Shown here: piece by piece, positions 37,891 to 49,108 of the stretch | Layout: every line of letters begins with the position of its first letter | Position numbering within the stretch: the first letter of the stretch is position 1 | DNA from: Longimicrobiales bacterium | Lineage (GTDB): Bacteria; Gemmatimonadota; Gemmatimonadetes; Longimicrobiales; Gaopeijiaceae | Length of the DNA stretch: 64,000 nucleotides | Reading direction: 5' to 3' | NCBI GenBank assembly: GCA_965202985.1 | Contig: CBDBCF010000001.1 | Coordinates: forward strand, 1,120,001-1,184,000 | Translations under genes and position numbers: made by a program | The notes under the pieces: model-generated | What the model was told of the DNA's origin: nothing | Databases searched by the model: none | What the model saw: the letters and a program-made list of their open reading frames with translations, nothing else

Positions 37891-39804
37891 CTACTCCTCC
37901 ATCAGCCGGTCTTCCAGCAGCTGGTAGGCCATCGGCATGAAGTCGGTCTCGCTCACCAGGCCGACCAGCTGCCCGGCCTTCACCACGGGCAGGGCGGACA
38001 GGCCGCGGGTGCGCATCTTGCGGATCGCCTCCAGGGTGGGCGTCTCGGGGGCCACTGTGGCCGGGTCCCGCTCCATCACCGCGCTCACGGGCGTGCTCTC
38101 GGCCTCCACCTGCGTCCGCCCCTCGGCCATCAGGCGCAGCACCGAGCGGTACGACACGATCCCCACCAGACGGTGGTCCTTGTCCTCGATCAGGACATGG
38201 CGGATCTGGCGCAGGTCCATCAGGTACGCCACGAGTTCGACCAGCTCGTCCTGGTTGACCGTGGTCAGGGCCGTGGTCATGTACTGCTCGACGCGCAGGT
38301 AGTTGTACTTCCACCCGCCGGCCTCGTGAATGTCGGCGGGGCCCCATTCGGCGACGGCCGTGCCGGCGGACTGCTGGCGCACCGTGGCCGCGGTCAGGGC
38401 GGCCAGCCGCTCGCCCTTGGTGCCCGACGCCTTCAGCTTGCCCAGCGAGCGCAACGCCCAGCTCGACCCCGTGACCCCGGCCTCCAGCCGCTTTCGGATC
38501 ACGTTCAGGTACTTGTCCACGTCGGCGGACTCGACGGGGTAGTCGCTCAGACCCTCTTCGGCCATCGGCAGGATCCGCTCCAGGACGATCCGGTCCGCCG
38601 GCCCGCTCTCGCCGTCCAGCCAGGCCATGCCCGCCTGCAGCCCCAGGCGCGAAGCCGCCAGGAAGTTGGCCTTGGCGTCGTCGAACTCCATGCGCTCGGC
38701 GAAGTTCGGAACCGCCTTGGCGATCCCCAGCACGGCGCCGATCCACAGCACCGCGTTGGCCATCTCGTCCAGCGTGGAAGGACCGGCGGGCAGCGCGCGG
38801 CACTCGATGCGCAGGTGGGGCTTGCCGTTGGAGATGCCGTAGCAGGGGCGGTTCCAGCGGTAGACGGTGCTGTTGTACAGCTGGAGGGCCTGCAGCTGCG
38901 GGACGCCGCCTTCGTCCAGCACCTGGAAGGGGTCCTCGTCCACGGCTCGGGCCAGCAGCACTCGGAAGGTGGCGATGTCGTCCTGAAAGAGCTCCGCCAC
39001 CGAGTGCTCGAGCCAGTGGCCGCCGAAGCGGACGCGGGGGCTCATTTCGCGCATGTGCAGGTCGGCGCCGCGCGTGTCCAGCGACTGCTGAAAGAGGGCG
39101 ATGCGCGTCTCGGCCCAGAGGCGCCGTCCGAAGAGCAGGGGCGAGTTCACCGAAGCCGCGAGCACGGGTCCCGTCACGGCTTGGGCCACGTTGTAGAAGT
39201 TGGCGAACTCGTCCGCCGTGACCTGCAGGTGCACCTGGCAGCTGGTGTTGCAGGACTCGAGCATCACCGAGTCGTGCTCGATCATGAGCTCGTCGGTGCC
39301 CCGTATCCGCAGCCGGAAGGTGCCGCCGCCCGCCGCGAGCATCGTTTCATTCAGGGCGTAGTAGCGGCTGCGCGGCGTGATGTTGTCCAGCGACAGGTCG
39401 GACTTGCCCAGCGTGGGCAGGATCCCCGTCAGCACGACCTCCGCTCCCTGCTTCTGGGCCGCTTCGCGGACGCGGGACACCAGACCGTCCAGCTCGGCGT
39501 GCATGTCCGTGAAGCACGACCCTTCGAGTACTCGTGGCGACAGGTTGGCTTCCAAGTTGAAGCGCGCCAGCTCGGTCGTGAAGGGATCGTCGTTCAGGTC
39601 CTCCAGCACCTCGACGGCCACGGGGGCGGGGCGCCACGCCTCGTCCACCAGGAACATCTCCTGTTCCGCGCCGAAGCGGCGGATGCCGGTTTCGATGAGC
39701 CCTTCCGCCAGGATGCGCTCCAACGCCTGCAAGTCGCGCAGCAGGGCGCGTGTGAAGGTGCGAATCGCTTCCGGCGACCGTTCCGGCACGAGGTCGAGTC
39801 CCAT
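37891..39804 (-). CDS. glutamate-cysteine ligase (GCS2)-like protein with C-terminal CBS pair
   Basis: GAEQEM, ELARFNLE, QVHLQV, NSP, RIECR; CBS repeats at C-terminus. Confidence 0.85.
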   Translation of the reverse strand: MGLDLVPERSPEAIRTFTRALLRDLQALERILAEGLIETGIRRFGAEQEMFLVDEAWRPAPVAVEVLEDLNDDPFTTELARFNLEANLSPRVLEGSCFTDMHAELDGLVSRVREAAQKQGAEVVLTGILPTLGKSDLSLDNITPRSRYYALNETMLAAGGGTFRLRIRGTDELMIEHDSVMLESCNTSCQVHLQVTADEFANFYNVAQAVTGPVLAASVNSPLLFGRRLWAETRIALFQQSLDTRGADLHMREMSPRVRFGGHWLEHSVAELFQDDIATFRVLLARAVDEDPFQVLDEGGVPQLQALQLYNSTVYRWNRPCYGISNGKPHLRIECRALPAGPSTLDEMANAVLWIGAVLGIAKAVPNFAERMEFDDAKANFLAASRLGLQAGMAWLDGESGPADRIVLERILPMAEEGLSDYPVESADVDKYLNVIRKRLEAGVTGSSWALRSLGKLKASGTKGERLAALTAATVRQQSAGTAVAEWGPADIHEAGGWKYNYLRVEQYMTTALTTVNQDELVELVAYLMDLRQIRHVLIEDKDHRLVGIVSYRSVLRLMAEGRTQVEAESTPVSAVMERDPATVAPETPTLEAIRKMRTRGLSALPVVKAGQLVGLVSETDFMPMAYQLLEDRLMEE

Positions 39805-39871
39805 GGTCTCGGGCTCCCGGGGCTTGAAGGATGAAGGTGCGTGCGCGGCGAAGGCGAACGCGCTTGGGGCG

Positions 39872-40537
39872 CTAGAGAAAGGTGGCGACCGACGCCAAGG
39901 GCTTCTTCTCGATCCGGGGCACGCGGGCGTCCGCGGCAGGATAGCCCGCGACGAGCAGCAGAAAGGGCTTCTCGTTGTGCGGCCGGCCCAAGATATCGTT
40001 GAGGAAGTTCATGGGCGACGGCGTGTGCGTCAGCGTGGCCAAGCCCGCGTGGTGAAGCCCGGTGACCAGGATGCCGGTGGCGATCCCGACGCTTTCCTGC
40101 ACGTAGTAGTTCTTGACCTTGGTCCCGTCGGCGCGAAGCGAGTAGCGCTCGGCGAACACCGCGACCAGGCACGGCGCCTCCTCCAGGAAGGGCTTGTGCT
40201 CGTCGGTGCCCAGGGCCGCGAGCGCGTCCAGCCACTCTTGCGGCGCGCCCCCGTTGTAGAAGGCGCGCTCCTCGGCCTCCGCCGCGACGCGGATGCGCGC
40301 CTTGACCGCCGGGTCCGTGACCACCACGAAGTGCCACGGCTGGTGGTTGGCGCCGCTGGGGGCGGTTCCGGCCGCACGGATGCACTCCTCCACGACCCGC
40401 CGGGGCACGGGCCGGCGGCTGTACTCTCGCACGGTGCGTCGGCGCGCCACGTCCTCGCGAAAGGCGACTGCTCGGCGCTCCATCTCCGGGGCCGGGTACT
40501 CGACGTAGGAGGCGAGCGGGACGAAGCCGGGCTTCAA
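39872..40537 (-). CDS. nitroreductase-family flavoprotein, iodotyrosine deiodinase-like
   Basis: [19 protein letters not shown]...L..LGT...[18 protein letters not shown]. Confidence 0.85.
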   Translation of the reverse strand: MKPGFVPLASYVEYPAPEMERRAVAFREDVARRRTVREYSRRPVPRRVVEECIRAAGTAPSGANHQPWHFVVVTDPAVKARIRVAAEAEERAFYNGGAPQEWLDALAALGTDEHKPFLEEAPCLVAVFAERYSLRADGTKVKNYYVQESVGIATGILVTGLHHAGLATLTHTPSPMNFLNDILGRPHNEKPFLLLVAGYPAADARVPRIEKKPLASVATFL

Positions 40538-41088
40538 CGGCCACCGCCCTGCAGGCGTCGGTAGCCGGCCACCACGTCGCCGTTTCCCATCTCGGCCAGC
40601 ACCCGTGCCGGCGGCACGCCCATGTGCCGGGACAGGAAGCGGATGTTCACCAGTCCCGCCACCTCGGCGTCCGACAGCGAGAGCGAGCTCCAGCGCGCGG
40701 CGTCCACCGCGCCGTACCGCTCGTAGGCGTCGGCCAGGAATCCGGGCGGGCCGTCCAGGGGGACGTGGAAGGCACCGGCGTGCACCGAGTACCCGCCCGC
40801 GATCTCCATCCATCCCGCGCCCCGCCGGCGCTGGGCCACCACCACGTCGGGGGAGACTCCCGCTTGGCCAGAGAGGAAGAGCACCACGGGGATTTCGCCG
40901 GCAGGCAGGCCCCAGCGGGAGAGCACCGCCACCTCGGCAGCCGGGATGCGAAAGTGCTGCGAGACGGCTTGCAGGTAGCCGGCAGCGGCGTCCTCCTGCT
41001 GTCCCAGCACGGGTCCGGGGGCGCAGAGCCCCAGCGCGGCCGCGAGAGTCGGCACGGCGGCCACCCGTATTGTCGTCAAGCTCCTCAT
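40534..41088 (-). CDS. hypothetical exported protein
   Basis: Signal peptide; stop overlaps next gene start. Confidence 0.65.
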   Translation of the reverse strand: MRSLTTIRVAAVPTLAAALGLCAPGPVLGQQEDAAAGYLQAVSQHFRIPAAEVAVLSRWGLPAGEIPVVLFLSGQAGVSPDVVVAQRRRGAGWMEIAGGYSVHAGAFHVPLDGPPGFLADAYERYGAVDAARWSSLSLSDAEVAGLVNIRFLSRHMGVPPARVLAEMGNGDVVAGYRRLQGGGR

Positions 41089-41179
41089 GCCGTTCTCCGT
41101 TGGTCGACGTGCTGGTTCGTCCTGCCCCCCTTACGCAATCTTGAACGGAGATCGTCCGTCCGCCAGGGACGCGTCGCTC

Positions 41180-41620
41180 CTAGTCCGGGCGGTCCACCTT
41201 GCGGTAGACGAAGCGCAGCGCCGACCAGTCGTCGTCGACGGCGCAGACCTTGTTGTCCACGAGGCCCGCCCCCAGCCCCGCCCGGCGAACGTGGGAATCG
41301 CGAACGTCGGTCGCCAACGGACTGCGCTTCTTGGGCCACGCCAGCCACAGGCCGCCGCTCCACTTCAACGAAGGCGCAAACTGCTCGGCCGTCCCCTCCA
41401 AGGCGGCCCGGTCCCGCACGAACACCACGATCACGTCGAAGCGCCGCCCGCCCCCGAACTCGCGGCTCGTCCGAACGGCAGGTCCCAGGTCGAGCCCCTC
41501 CGCAAAGCCGCGGGGCGCAGCGTCCCAACCGACCACGTGCCCGTCCCGGATCCCCAGCTTCTTGGCCAGGGGCGTGCCCGAATAGCCGGCCGTTCCTGGT
41601 CCGCTTCGCTTCGCGCTCAT
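41180..41620 (-). CDS. DUF3052-like protein
   Basis: GYSGTPLAKKLGI, LWLAWPKK, GLVDNKVCAVDDDWSALRF. Confidence 0.8.
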   Translation of the reverse strand: MSAKRSGPGTAGYSGTPLAKKLGIRDGHVVGWDAAPRGFAEGLDLGPAVRTSREFGGGRRFDVIVVFVRDRAALEGTAEQFAPSLKWSGGLWLAWPKKRSPLATDVRDSHVRRAGLGAGLVDNKVCAVDDDWSALRFVYRKVDRPD

Positions 41621-41695
41621 GTCGTCGTCCTCCGGCTCCGCCGCCGCTGTCGCCTGCACTGGCCGACGTTCGGCCCGCGGCTATCTTTGGCCCCC

Positions 41696-42519
<824 letters not shown>

Positions 42520-42611
42520 GAAGGGGAACCGGCCAACGCGAAGACGGCCCCAGGGCGTAAACGATTCCAAGAGTGCGGCGGCGGGTCAAGGGGGGGAGCG
42601 TCGGGCGGCGT

Positions 42612-42991
<380 letters not shown>

Positions 42992-43087
42992 CGTTCAAGA
43001 TGGCCAAGGGAGCCGTCCTGGACCAGCCCCTGTGCGTCGGGCACCGGCCTTGGAAGAGCGCTTGGGCGAGTCCCCGAAAGAAAATGC

Positions 43088-43116
43088 TTGCATTCTGGAA
43101 ACAAATGTTCAATAGT
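43088..43116 (+). promoter_or_regulatory. putative sigma70-type promoter
   Basis: TTGCAT-N17-AATAGT in an AT-rich patch upstream of the phosphatase gene. Confidence 0.4.
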
Positions 43117-43192
43117 GTTTCCCCGCTTGAAGCGCGGACCGCACCGGTCTCGCCACGAATCATCCGTTTCCCGAAAACCCGACCCACCTTCG

Positions 43193-43885
43193 ATGAACCC
43201 GGCCCCACCGTCCCGCCACCGCACGTCTCCCAAGAGCCTTTCGTTCCTCCTTCCGGTCTTCGCAGCGGCCCTGGCGTCGGCCCTGCTCCTTGCGCCCCGC
43301 CCCGCGTCGGCGGTTCCGGGTTCCGGCGTTCAGGGCGCCCCGGCCGAAGCCGAGCCGCCGCGCGAGAACAGCCCCGTGGTCGTCTACCTGGTGCGCCACG
43401 CCGAAAAGGCGGACGACGGCACCGCCGACCCGCCCCTCACCGTTGCCGGTCAGATCAGGGTTCGCATCCTCAAGACGCTGCTGACCGACGTGGACTTGAC
43501 GCAGGTCCACACGACCGACCGGCGGCGAACCCAGGACACGGCCCGGCCCATCGCCGAGGCGGCCGGCCTGCAGCCCTCCGTCTACGACCCCGCGGACCTG
43601 GCGGCTTTGGCTAGCGCGATACGGGCCATGCCGGGAAAGCACTTCGTCGCCGGCCACAGCAACACGACCCCTCAGCTCGTGGAGGCGCTCGGGGGCGATC
43701 CGGGCGGGCCGATCCACGAAATGGAGTACGACCGCCTGTACATCGTGACGATTCCGCCGGGAAGCGCGCCCCTGACCACCCTGCTGCGCTTCGGGGAACC
43801 GTACTTGGGGGACTCCGACTTCAGCCTGCGCGGCGGGGGCTCCGTTCCTTCCGGGCCCAGAGGCAGCATCGGGCAGGGGAACTGA
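43193..43885 (+). CDS. exported histidine phosphatase (SixA/PGM-like)
   Basis: LVRHAEK, RTQDT, GHSNT; signal-like N-terminus. Confidence 0.85.
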   Translation: MNPAPPSRHRTSPKSLSFLLPVFAAALASALLLAPRPASAVPGSGVQGAPAEAEPPRENSPVVVYLVRHAEKADDGTADPPLTVAGQIRVRILKTLLTDVDLTQVHTTDRRRTQDTARPIAEAAGLQPSVYDPADLAALASAIRAMPGKHFVAGHSNTTPQLVEALGGDPGGPIHEMEYDRLYIVTIPPGSAPLTTLLRFGEPYLGDSDFSLRGGGSVPSGPRGSIGQGN

Positions 43886-43935
43886 CGACAACCGGGCAGT
43901 AGCGGAGCCGGGCGGGGCGGACTAGCTTCTCCCGC

Positions 43936-45069
43936 GTGTTCAGCTTCTACGAGTTCTTTGCCGGCGGCGGGATGGCGCGCCTGGGACTCGGGCCGCGCTG
44001 GAAGTGTCTCTTCGCCAACGACTTCGATCCGCGCAAGGGCCGCAGCTATCGACGGCACTGGGGCGACGACGCCTTGGTCCTGGGCGACGTGCGGGGCGTG
44101 AGCGCAGCCGGCCTTCCCGGCAGGGCCGACCTCGTCTGGGCGTCGTTTCCTTGCCAGGACCTTTCGCTTGCTGGGTCCGGGGCGGGCCTGAACGGCCAGC
44201 GCTCGGGAACCTTCTGGTCGTTCTGGCACCTGATGACCCAGCTCGCCTCTAACGGACGGCATCCGGAACTGATCGTGCTGGAAAACGTGCCGGGGACGAT
44301 CAGCTCCCACGGCGGATCGGACTTCCGAGCGATCGTGCAGGCGTACAACGACCTGGGCTACCGCGTCGGGGCCGTCGTCATCGACGCCGTGCTGTTTCTG
44401 CCGCAGTCGCGCCCGAGGCTTTTCGTGGTGGGCCTGCGCGACGCTCACGATCCGGGACTGCGCGCCACGGCCGGGCCGTCCAGCGCTTGGCACCCGCGGG
44501 GCCTGTGCAGAGCCTACGGAGGGCTTCCCGTCGACGCCAAGGACAACTGGATTTGGTGGGACTTGATGCCCCCGCCGGCGCGTCGCGCGAGCCTTCGCGA
44601 CGTGCTGGAAGACGATCCCGTGGACGTGAGGTGGCACACGCCCAGCGAGACCAACAAGCTGCTCGGCATGATGAGCTCCCGAAATCTGGACAAGGTGCAC
44701 CGAGCCCAGGCGTCGGGCGAACTCTGCGCCGGCGCGCTGTACAAGCGCACGCGACGAGATGCGTCGGGCCGGCGGGTGCAGCGGGCCGAAGTGCGCTTCG
44801 ACGGCGTGGCAGGTTGCCTGCGAACGCCCACCGGAGGGTCCAGCCGCCAGTTCCTCCTGATCGCGAAAGGCCGGCGGGTCCGTTCGCGGCTGATCTCGGC
44901 AAGGGAGACGGCCCGGCTGATGGGCCTGCCGGACGACTACGCGCTGCCGGACAACTACAACGAGGGGTATCACCTGACCGGAGACGGCGTGGTCGTGCCT
45001 GCGGTTCGCCACTTGGCGGAACAGGTACTGAAACCGGTGCTGGAATCGGCAGGGGACCGGCCCGGCTAG
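43936..45069 (+). CDS. DNA (cytosine-5)-methyltransferase
   Basis: FFAGGG, FPCQDLS, ENV, QSRPR, motif X GDGV. Confidence 0.93.
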   Translation: MFSFYEFFAGGGMARLGLGPRWKCLFANDFDPRKGRSYRRHWGDDALVLGDVRGVSAAGLPGRADLVWASFPCQDLSLAGSGAGLNGQRSGTFWSFWHLMTQLASNGRHPELIVLENVPGTISSHGGSDFRAIVQAYNDLGYRVGAVVIDAVLFLPQSRPRLFVVGLRDAHDPGLRATAGPSSAWHPRGLCRAYGGLPVDAKDNWIWWDLMPPPARRASLRDVLEDDPVDVRWHTPSETNKLLGMMSSRNLDKVHRAQASGELCAGALYKRTRRDASGRRVQRAEVRFDGVAGCLRTPTGGSSRQFLLIAKGRRVRSRLISARETARLMGLPDDYALPDNYNEGYHLTGDGVVVPAVRHLAEQVLKPVLESAGDRPG

Positions 45070-45944
45070 AAGCTGACCACGAGCGCCACGGTCAGAGTCT
45101 GATCCAGCTTGCGACGGCGGACCAGGACCGTTCCGGCGTCTTCTCCCTGCGGCGAGCGGAGGGGGGCCGTGGCCAGGGCGGGGCGGTTGTCGAAGAGGAG
45201 GCGCAGGGTGGTCTTCAGGCCCAGGTGCTCGTTCATGGCGACGCTTGCGGCGTTGGTCCAGTCGGCGCGCAGGTCCGTGGGGTCGGCGGCGTTGCCGTCC
45301 AGCACCAGCGCGCTGGTCCATTCCGCGCCGCCGTCGTCGCCGAAGCGACGCCCGTGCTCCACCGACAGCTGGGCGCCCCAGTAGCCGGGCGAGACGTTCG
45401 GATCCTCCACCACGTCCTCCTGCCGGGTGTAGGTCAGGCCGTAGCCGGTGCGCAACCGCCATCGCTCGCCCGAAGACCAGCGCGTGGACACGCCGACGCC
45501 GGTCACGTAGCGGCCTCGGACGCCGGCGAAGGTGTTGCGCGTCCAGCCGGACTGGACGAAGACGGCGGCTCGGTCGGACAGCGCGCGGTCCGCTCTAATG
45601 CGCGCGTAGAAGTTCTCGGCGGACACGTCGGCGGCGGACGTTGTCCGGACCCGGTAGTCGTCGCGGTCGCCGACGGCCGTCCGCGTGATCCGCGTGGTGC
45701 GTGTGCGGATTCCGCCGGCTTCGATCTTGAGCTCGGTTCGGCCCCAAGCGCCCGACAGGGTATTGGCCAGCCCCAGCGTGAACGCCTGCGCGTTGCCGCC
45801 CGTGCGAACGGCGCTGAACTCGCTGGACCAGCGCCAGTCGGCGGACTCGGAGGCTTGGCCTGCAAGGCCCGTCCAGCCCGGTGCCGCGGCCGGCGCAACC
45901 AGAGCCAGCAACAAGGTGCCGGCCAGCCTCCGTGCTACCTTCAT
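45066..45944 (-). CDS. DUF481-like outer-membrane beta-barrel
   Basis: Signal peptide, TGGN, amphipathic strands, terminal Phe. Confidence 0.75.
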   Translation of the reverse strand: MKVARRLAGTLLLALVAPAAAPGWTGLAGQASESADWRWSSEFSAVRTGGNAQAFTLGLANTLSGAWGRTELKIEAGGIRTRTTRITRTAVGDRDDYRVRTTSAADVSAENFYARIRADRALSDRAAVFVQSGWTRNTFAGVRGRYVTGVGVSTRWSSGERWRLRTGYGLTYTRQEDVVEDPNVSPGYWGAQLSVEHGRRFGDDGGAEWTSALVLDGNAADPTDLRADWTNAASVAMNEHLGLKTTLRLLFDNRPALATAPLRSPQGEDAGTVLVRRRKLDQTLTVALVVSF

Positions 45945-46003
45945 CTTCAAGCCTTCTCCTCCTGTTCGTCCCCCAACGTCTTCCTGCGAGCGAGCCGCGA
46001 ACC

Positions 46004-47929
46004 ATGGCCCGATACTTGACCGAAGGCACCGGCGCCTTCTTCCTCGTCCTTACGGTCTGCCTGACGGCCGTGCAGCAGGTCCCCCTGGCCCCTCTGGCCG
46101 TGGGTTCGGTGCTCATGATCATGGTGTACATGGGCGCCCACGTCTCCGGCGCGCACTACAACCCGGTCGTGAGCGCGGCCCTGGCCCGAGCCGGAAAGCT
46201 GGGCCGGAAGGAGGCGGGACGCTACGCGGCGGCGCAAGTTGCGGGGGCGCTGCTGGCCGGCCTCGCGGCGCGTTTTCTCACCGGCACGGCCTTCGTCCCG
46301 GGGCCGGGCGACGGGGTGTCGGTGCCGGCGGCGCTGCTGGCCGAGGCGCTGTTCGCGTTCGGCTTGGTGCTGGTGGTGCTCAACGTGGCCGCGGACCGTC
46401 GCACCGAGGGAAACTCGTACTTCGGGCTCGCGATCGGCTTCACGGTGATGGTTGCGGGCTTCGCCGTCGGCGACATCTCGGGAGGCGTGCTCAATCCGGC
46501 CGTGGCAGCGGGGACGTCGATCGCCAGCCTGCTGACCGGCGGACCCAGCGGGGGCCTTGGGAACATGTTCCTGTACTGGGTGGGTCCGGCGCTCGGCGCA
46601 TTTCTGGCCCTGGGGGTCTTCCGGGTGCAGAGCGAAGGCGGCCCGCCGGGCCGGAACCAAGTCGGGACGACAGAGGCTTCCGAGGCTGGACATGGAGACG
46701 ACATCGGATTGAAGATGGCAGGATTGGGTTTGGTTCTGGTCTTGCTGGCCGGTTGCGACGACCGACAGGCGAACGAACCGGCCCCGACGGCGGACGAAGA
46801 TTCGGCCGGGAGCGTCGGATCAGCGTTGGTGCAGGCTCGCCCGGACGCCACGTTTCGAGCCGACGATGAACCGACGCTCTCCATCGGCCTTGCCCAGGGG
46901 CCGGACGAGTACCTGTTCAGAGGCGTCACGGCCGCCCGGCTGTCGGACGGAGGCGTCGTCGCGGCAGTCGAAGGAATGGACGAGGTGCGGCGCTTTGGTC
47001 CCGACGGCCGTCACCTCTGGACCTCGGGGCGCGAGGGAGAGGGCCCCGGAGAGTTCGGCGGGGTCCGACTGCTCGCCGGATGCACCAGTGCCCAGTCCAT
47101 CGTCGCCTACGACTATCGCAACGACCGCGTGACGATCCTGGACGGGAAAGGGGAGCCGATCCAGAACGCCCGGACCCTATGGAGCGGCCACCCCGTCTAC
47201 GAGATCAGGTGTTCGGCCGACCAGCGCTTCGTGGTGTCGAACATGAGCGAGGATCCACCGAATTCGGGACCGAACCGCTCGGACAATTCCTTAGGCTTTG
47301 CCGCAATCACGGAGTCCGACTTTCCAGTGGAGCTGTTGCGGGCGGCGATTCCGGGCGCGGAGCGGGTTCAGGTCGTCCTGGGCGCCGACCAGTCCGTGAG
47401 TTTTCCCCGGACCTGGGGCAAGGACCTCGAGTTCGTGGCGACCGACGAAGGCGTCTGGCTGGGCACTGGCGACAGCTACGAACTGGAGCTTCTCGATTGG
47501 AGCGGCGCGACGGTTCGGCGGATCCGCTGGAACGGCCCGGATTTGGCCGTCACGGACGAGCACGTGGAGGCCCATCGCGACCAGATGCGGCGGCAGTACT
47601 CCGAATCGTCGACCGAGGACTGGGAGACAAGGTTCAACAACCGATGGGACGAAGAGGCCAAGTACCTGCCGTCCACCTTTCCGTCGTTCTCGCGCGTGCT
47701 CTTGTCGGACGACGGCAACCTGTGGGTCGAGCACTTCCACCGCCCGGGCGCCGAGCGTCGAGAATGGGTCGTCTTCGCGCCGACCGGCGAGTGGCTGCGC
47801 ACCGTGGAGCTGCCGGCGCGAGTGGTCGTCCAAGACGCCGGCGCCGACTGGGTTCTTGCGCGGACGACCGACGAGCTGGGCGTCGAGCGGATCGAGTTGT
47901 ACGCACTCCGCGACGGATCGGCGACCTAG
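46004..47929 (+). CDS. aquaporin (MIP) in frame with a 6-bladed beta-propeller-like lipoprotein
   Basis: SGAHYNPV and GGVLNPA motifs, then without a stop MAGLGLVLVLLAGC (ATG 46715), GEGPGEF, DELGVERIE. Confidence 0.8.
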   Translation: MARYLTEGTGAFFLVLTVCLTAVQQVPLAPLAVGSVLMIMVYMGAHVSGAHYNPVVSAALARAGKLGRKEAGRYAAAQVAGALLAGLAARFLTGTAFVPGPGDGVSVPAALLAEALFAFGLVLVVLNVAADRRTEGNSYFGLAIGFTVMVAGFAVGDISGGVLNPAVAAGTSIASLLTGGPSGGLGNMFLYWVGPALGAFLALGVFRVQSEGGPPGRNQVGTTEASEAGHGDDIGLKMAGLGLVLVLLAGCDDRQANEPAPTADEDSAGSVGSALVQARPDATFRADDEPTLSIGLAQGPDEYLFRGVTAARLSDGGVVAAVEGMDEVRRFGPDGRHLWTSGREGEGPGEFGGVRLLAGCTSAQSIVAYDYRNDRVTILDGKGEPIQNARTLWSGHPVYEIRCSADQRFVVSNMSEDPPNSGPNRSDNSLGFAAITESDFPVELLRAAIPGAERVQVVLGADQSVSFPRTWGKDLEFVATDEGVWLGTGDSYELELLDWSGATVRRIRWNGPDLAVTDEHVEAHRDQMRRQYSESSTEDWETRFNNRWDEEAKYLPSTFPSFSRVLLSDDGNLWVEHFHRPGAERREWVVFAPTGEWLRTVELPARVVVQDAGADWVLARTTDELGVERIELYALRDGSAT

Positions 47930-47979
47930 TGGTAGTAGTGTCGTCGACGACGCAGCGCGGCACGCCGCCTGCATGGAAG

Positions 47980-49107
47980 ATGCAGACGGTTGGCTTGACG
48001 ACAGGAAGCGCAGTCGTGGTATGGGGCGCCGCGCTGATCGCGGCCTCCGCCCTGGCCTGGAGCCTGTTGTCCGCGGCCGGCCGCCCGCCGCAAGCAGCGC
48101 CGCCGCCGACCGCAAGCTCCGAATCGCTTGCCGAGCGCACGGCAGGGGCGTCCGTATTCTCGTCGGCGCCGGTCTTCACGAGCGTCTTGTCGGCCACGGA
48201 CGCTGCCTTCGCCGACTCCACGTGGTTCGTGCTGGACCGGCGGGGACGGCGCATTCACCGCTTCAGCCAAGCGGGCGACCTGCTGGGCAGCTTTGCGCGC
48301 CGCGGCGAGGGCCCCGGCGAACTGGCCTCCCCGGAGGCGATCGCAGTGCATCGGGACACGGTTGCGGTGGCCGACCGGGGAACCCTGCACCTGTACGAAC
48401 CCGACGGCGCGCACATCGCCGATCGCAGACTCGTCCTGGAAGGATGCCTGTCGCCGCTCGACGTGCAAGTCGAGTCCAGCCTGCCGGGCCTCCTCGTCAT
48501 GGCCCAATGCACAAGTCCGGCACGAGGCCAGGAAACCATGGTCTTCCTTGCGAATGAAACCGGGAGCGCTCGGGCGCTTGCTTCCCTCACCTCCGGCGAG
48601 CGCGGACGGGTGCTGAAGTTCCCGTTCGTTCCCGTCATCTCCGCGCACGCCACGGGCTTCGTCTTCGGCGACCCGGACTTGGGCTGCCTGGACGTCTACG
48701 AGATCGGCGCGTCCGACCTGCTGGCGACCGTGGCGGACAGCGTCTGCCACGACTGGATTCCGCGCCTGCCTCTTCCCCAAGAGATTGCAAGGGCCGTCCG
48801 CGAGGAGATGCGGGGCACCGCCGCGCTCACGGGCACGCGCCTAGTCGTTTCGGCTTCGCTGCCGCCGTTCAACCGCGCCTTCGCCCTGGCCGACGGGAGG
48901 CTTGCATACCGCGTCCCGCTTCCGGTCGCCGACGAAGACGCCGGGGAGCTGTTCAGGCTGGTCGTCCGCGGCGAGGCGGACCGCGAACGCGTCCTGCCGT
49001 TTCCGGCCGCGTCGGCCGTCTTCGCGTCGGGCGAGTCCGTGCTGGCCGCCTGGGAAGCCCTCGAAGGCATCCGCATCGCCGTCTTCCCGCTGCTGGACCA
49101 GCCGTAG
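47980..49107 (+). CDS. 6-bladed beta-propeller-like membrane-anchored protein
   Basis: N-terminal hydrophobic segment, FARRGEGPGEL; start approximate. Confidence 0.7.
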   Translation: MQTVGLTTGSAVVVWGAALIAASALAWSLLSAAGRPPQAAPPPTASSESLAERTAGASVFSSAPVFTSVLSATDAAFADSTWFVLDRRGRRIHRFSQAGDLLGSFARRGEGPGELASPEAIAVHRDTVAVADRGTLHLYEPDGAHIADRRLVLEGCLSPLDVQVESSLPGLLVMAQCTSPARGQETMVFLANETGSARALASLTSGERGRVLKFPFVPVISAHATGFVFGDPDLGCLDVYEIGASDLLATVADSVCHDWIPRLPLPQEIARAVREEMRGTAALTGTRLVVSASLPPFNRAFALADGRLAYRVPLPVADEDAGELFRLVVRGEADRERVLPFPAASAVFASGESVLAAWEALEGIRIAVFPLLDQP

Positions 49108-49108
49108 C

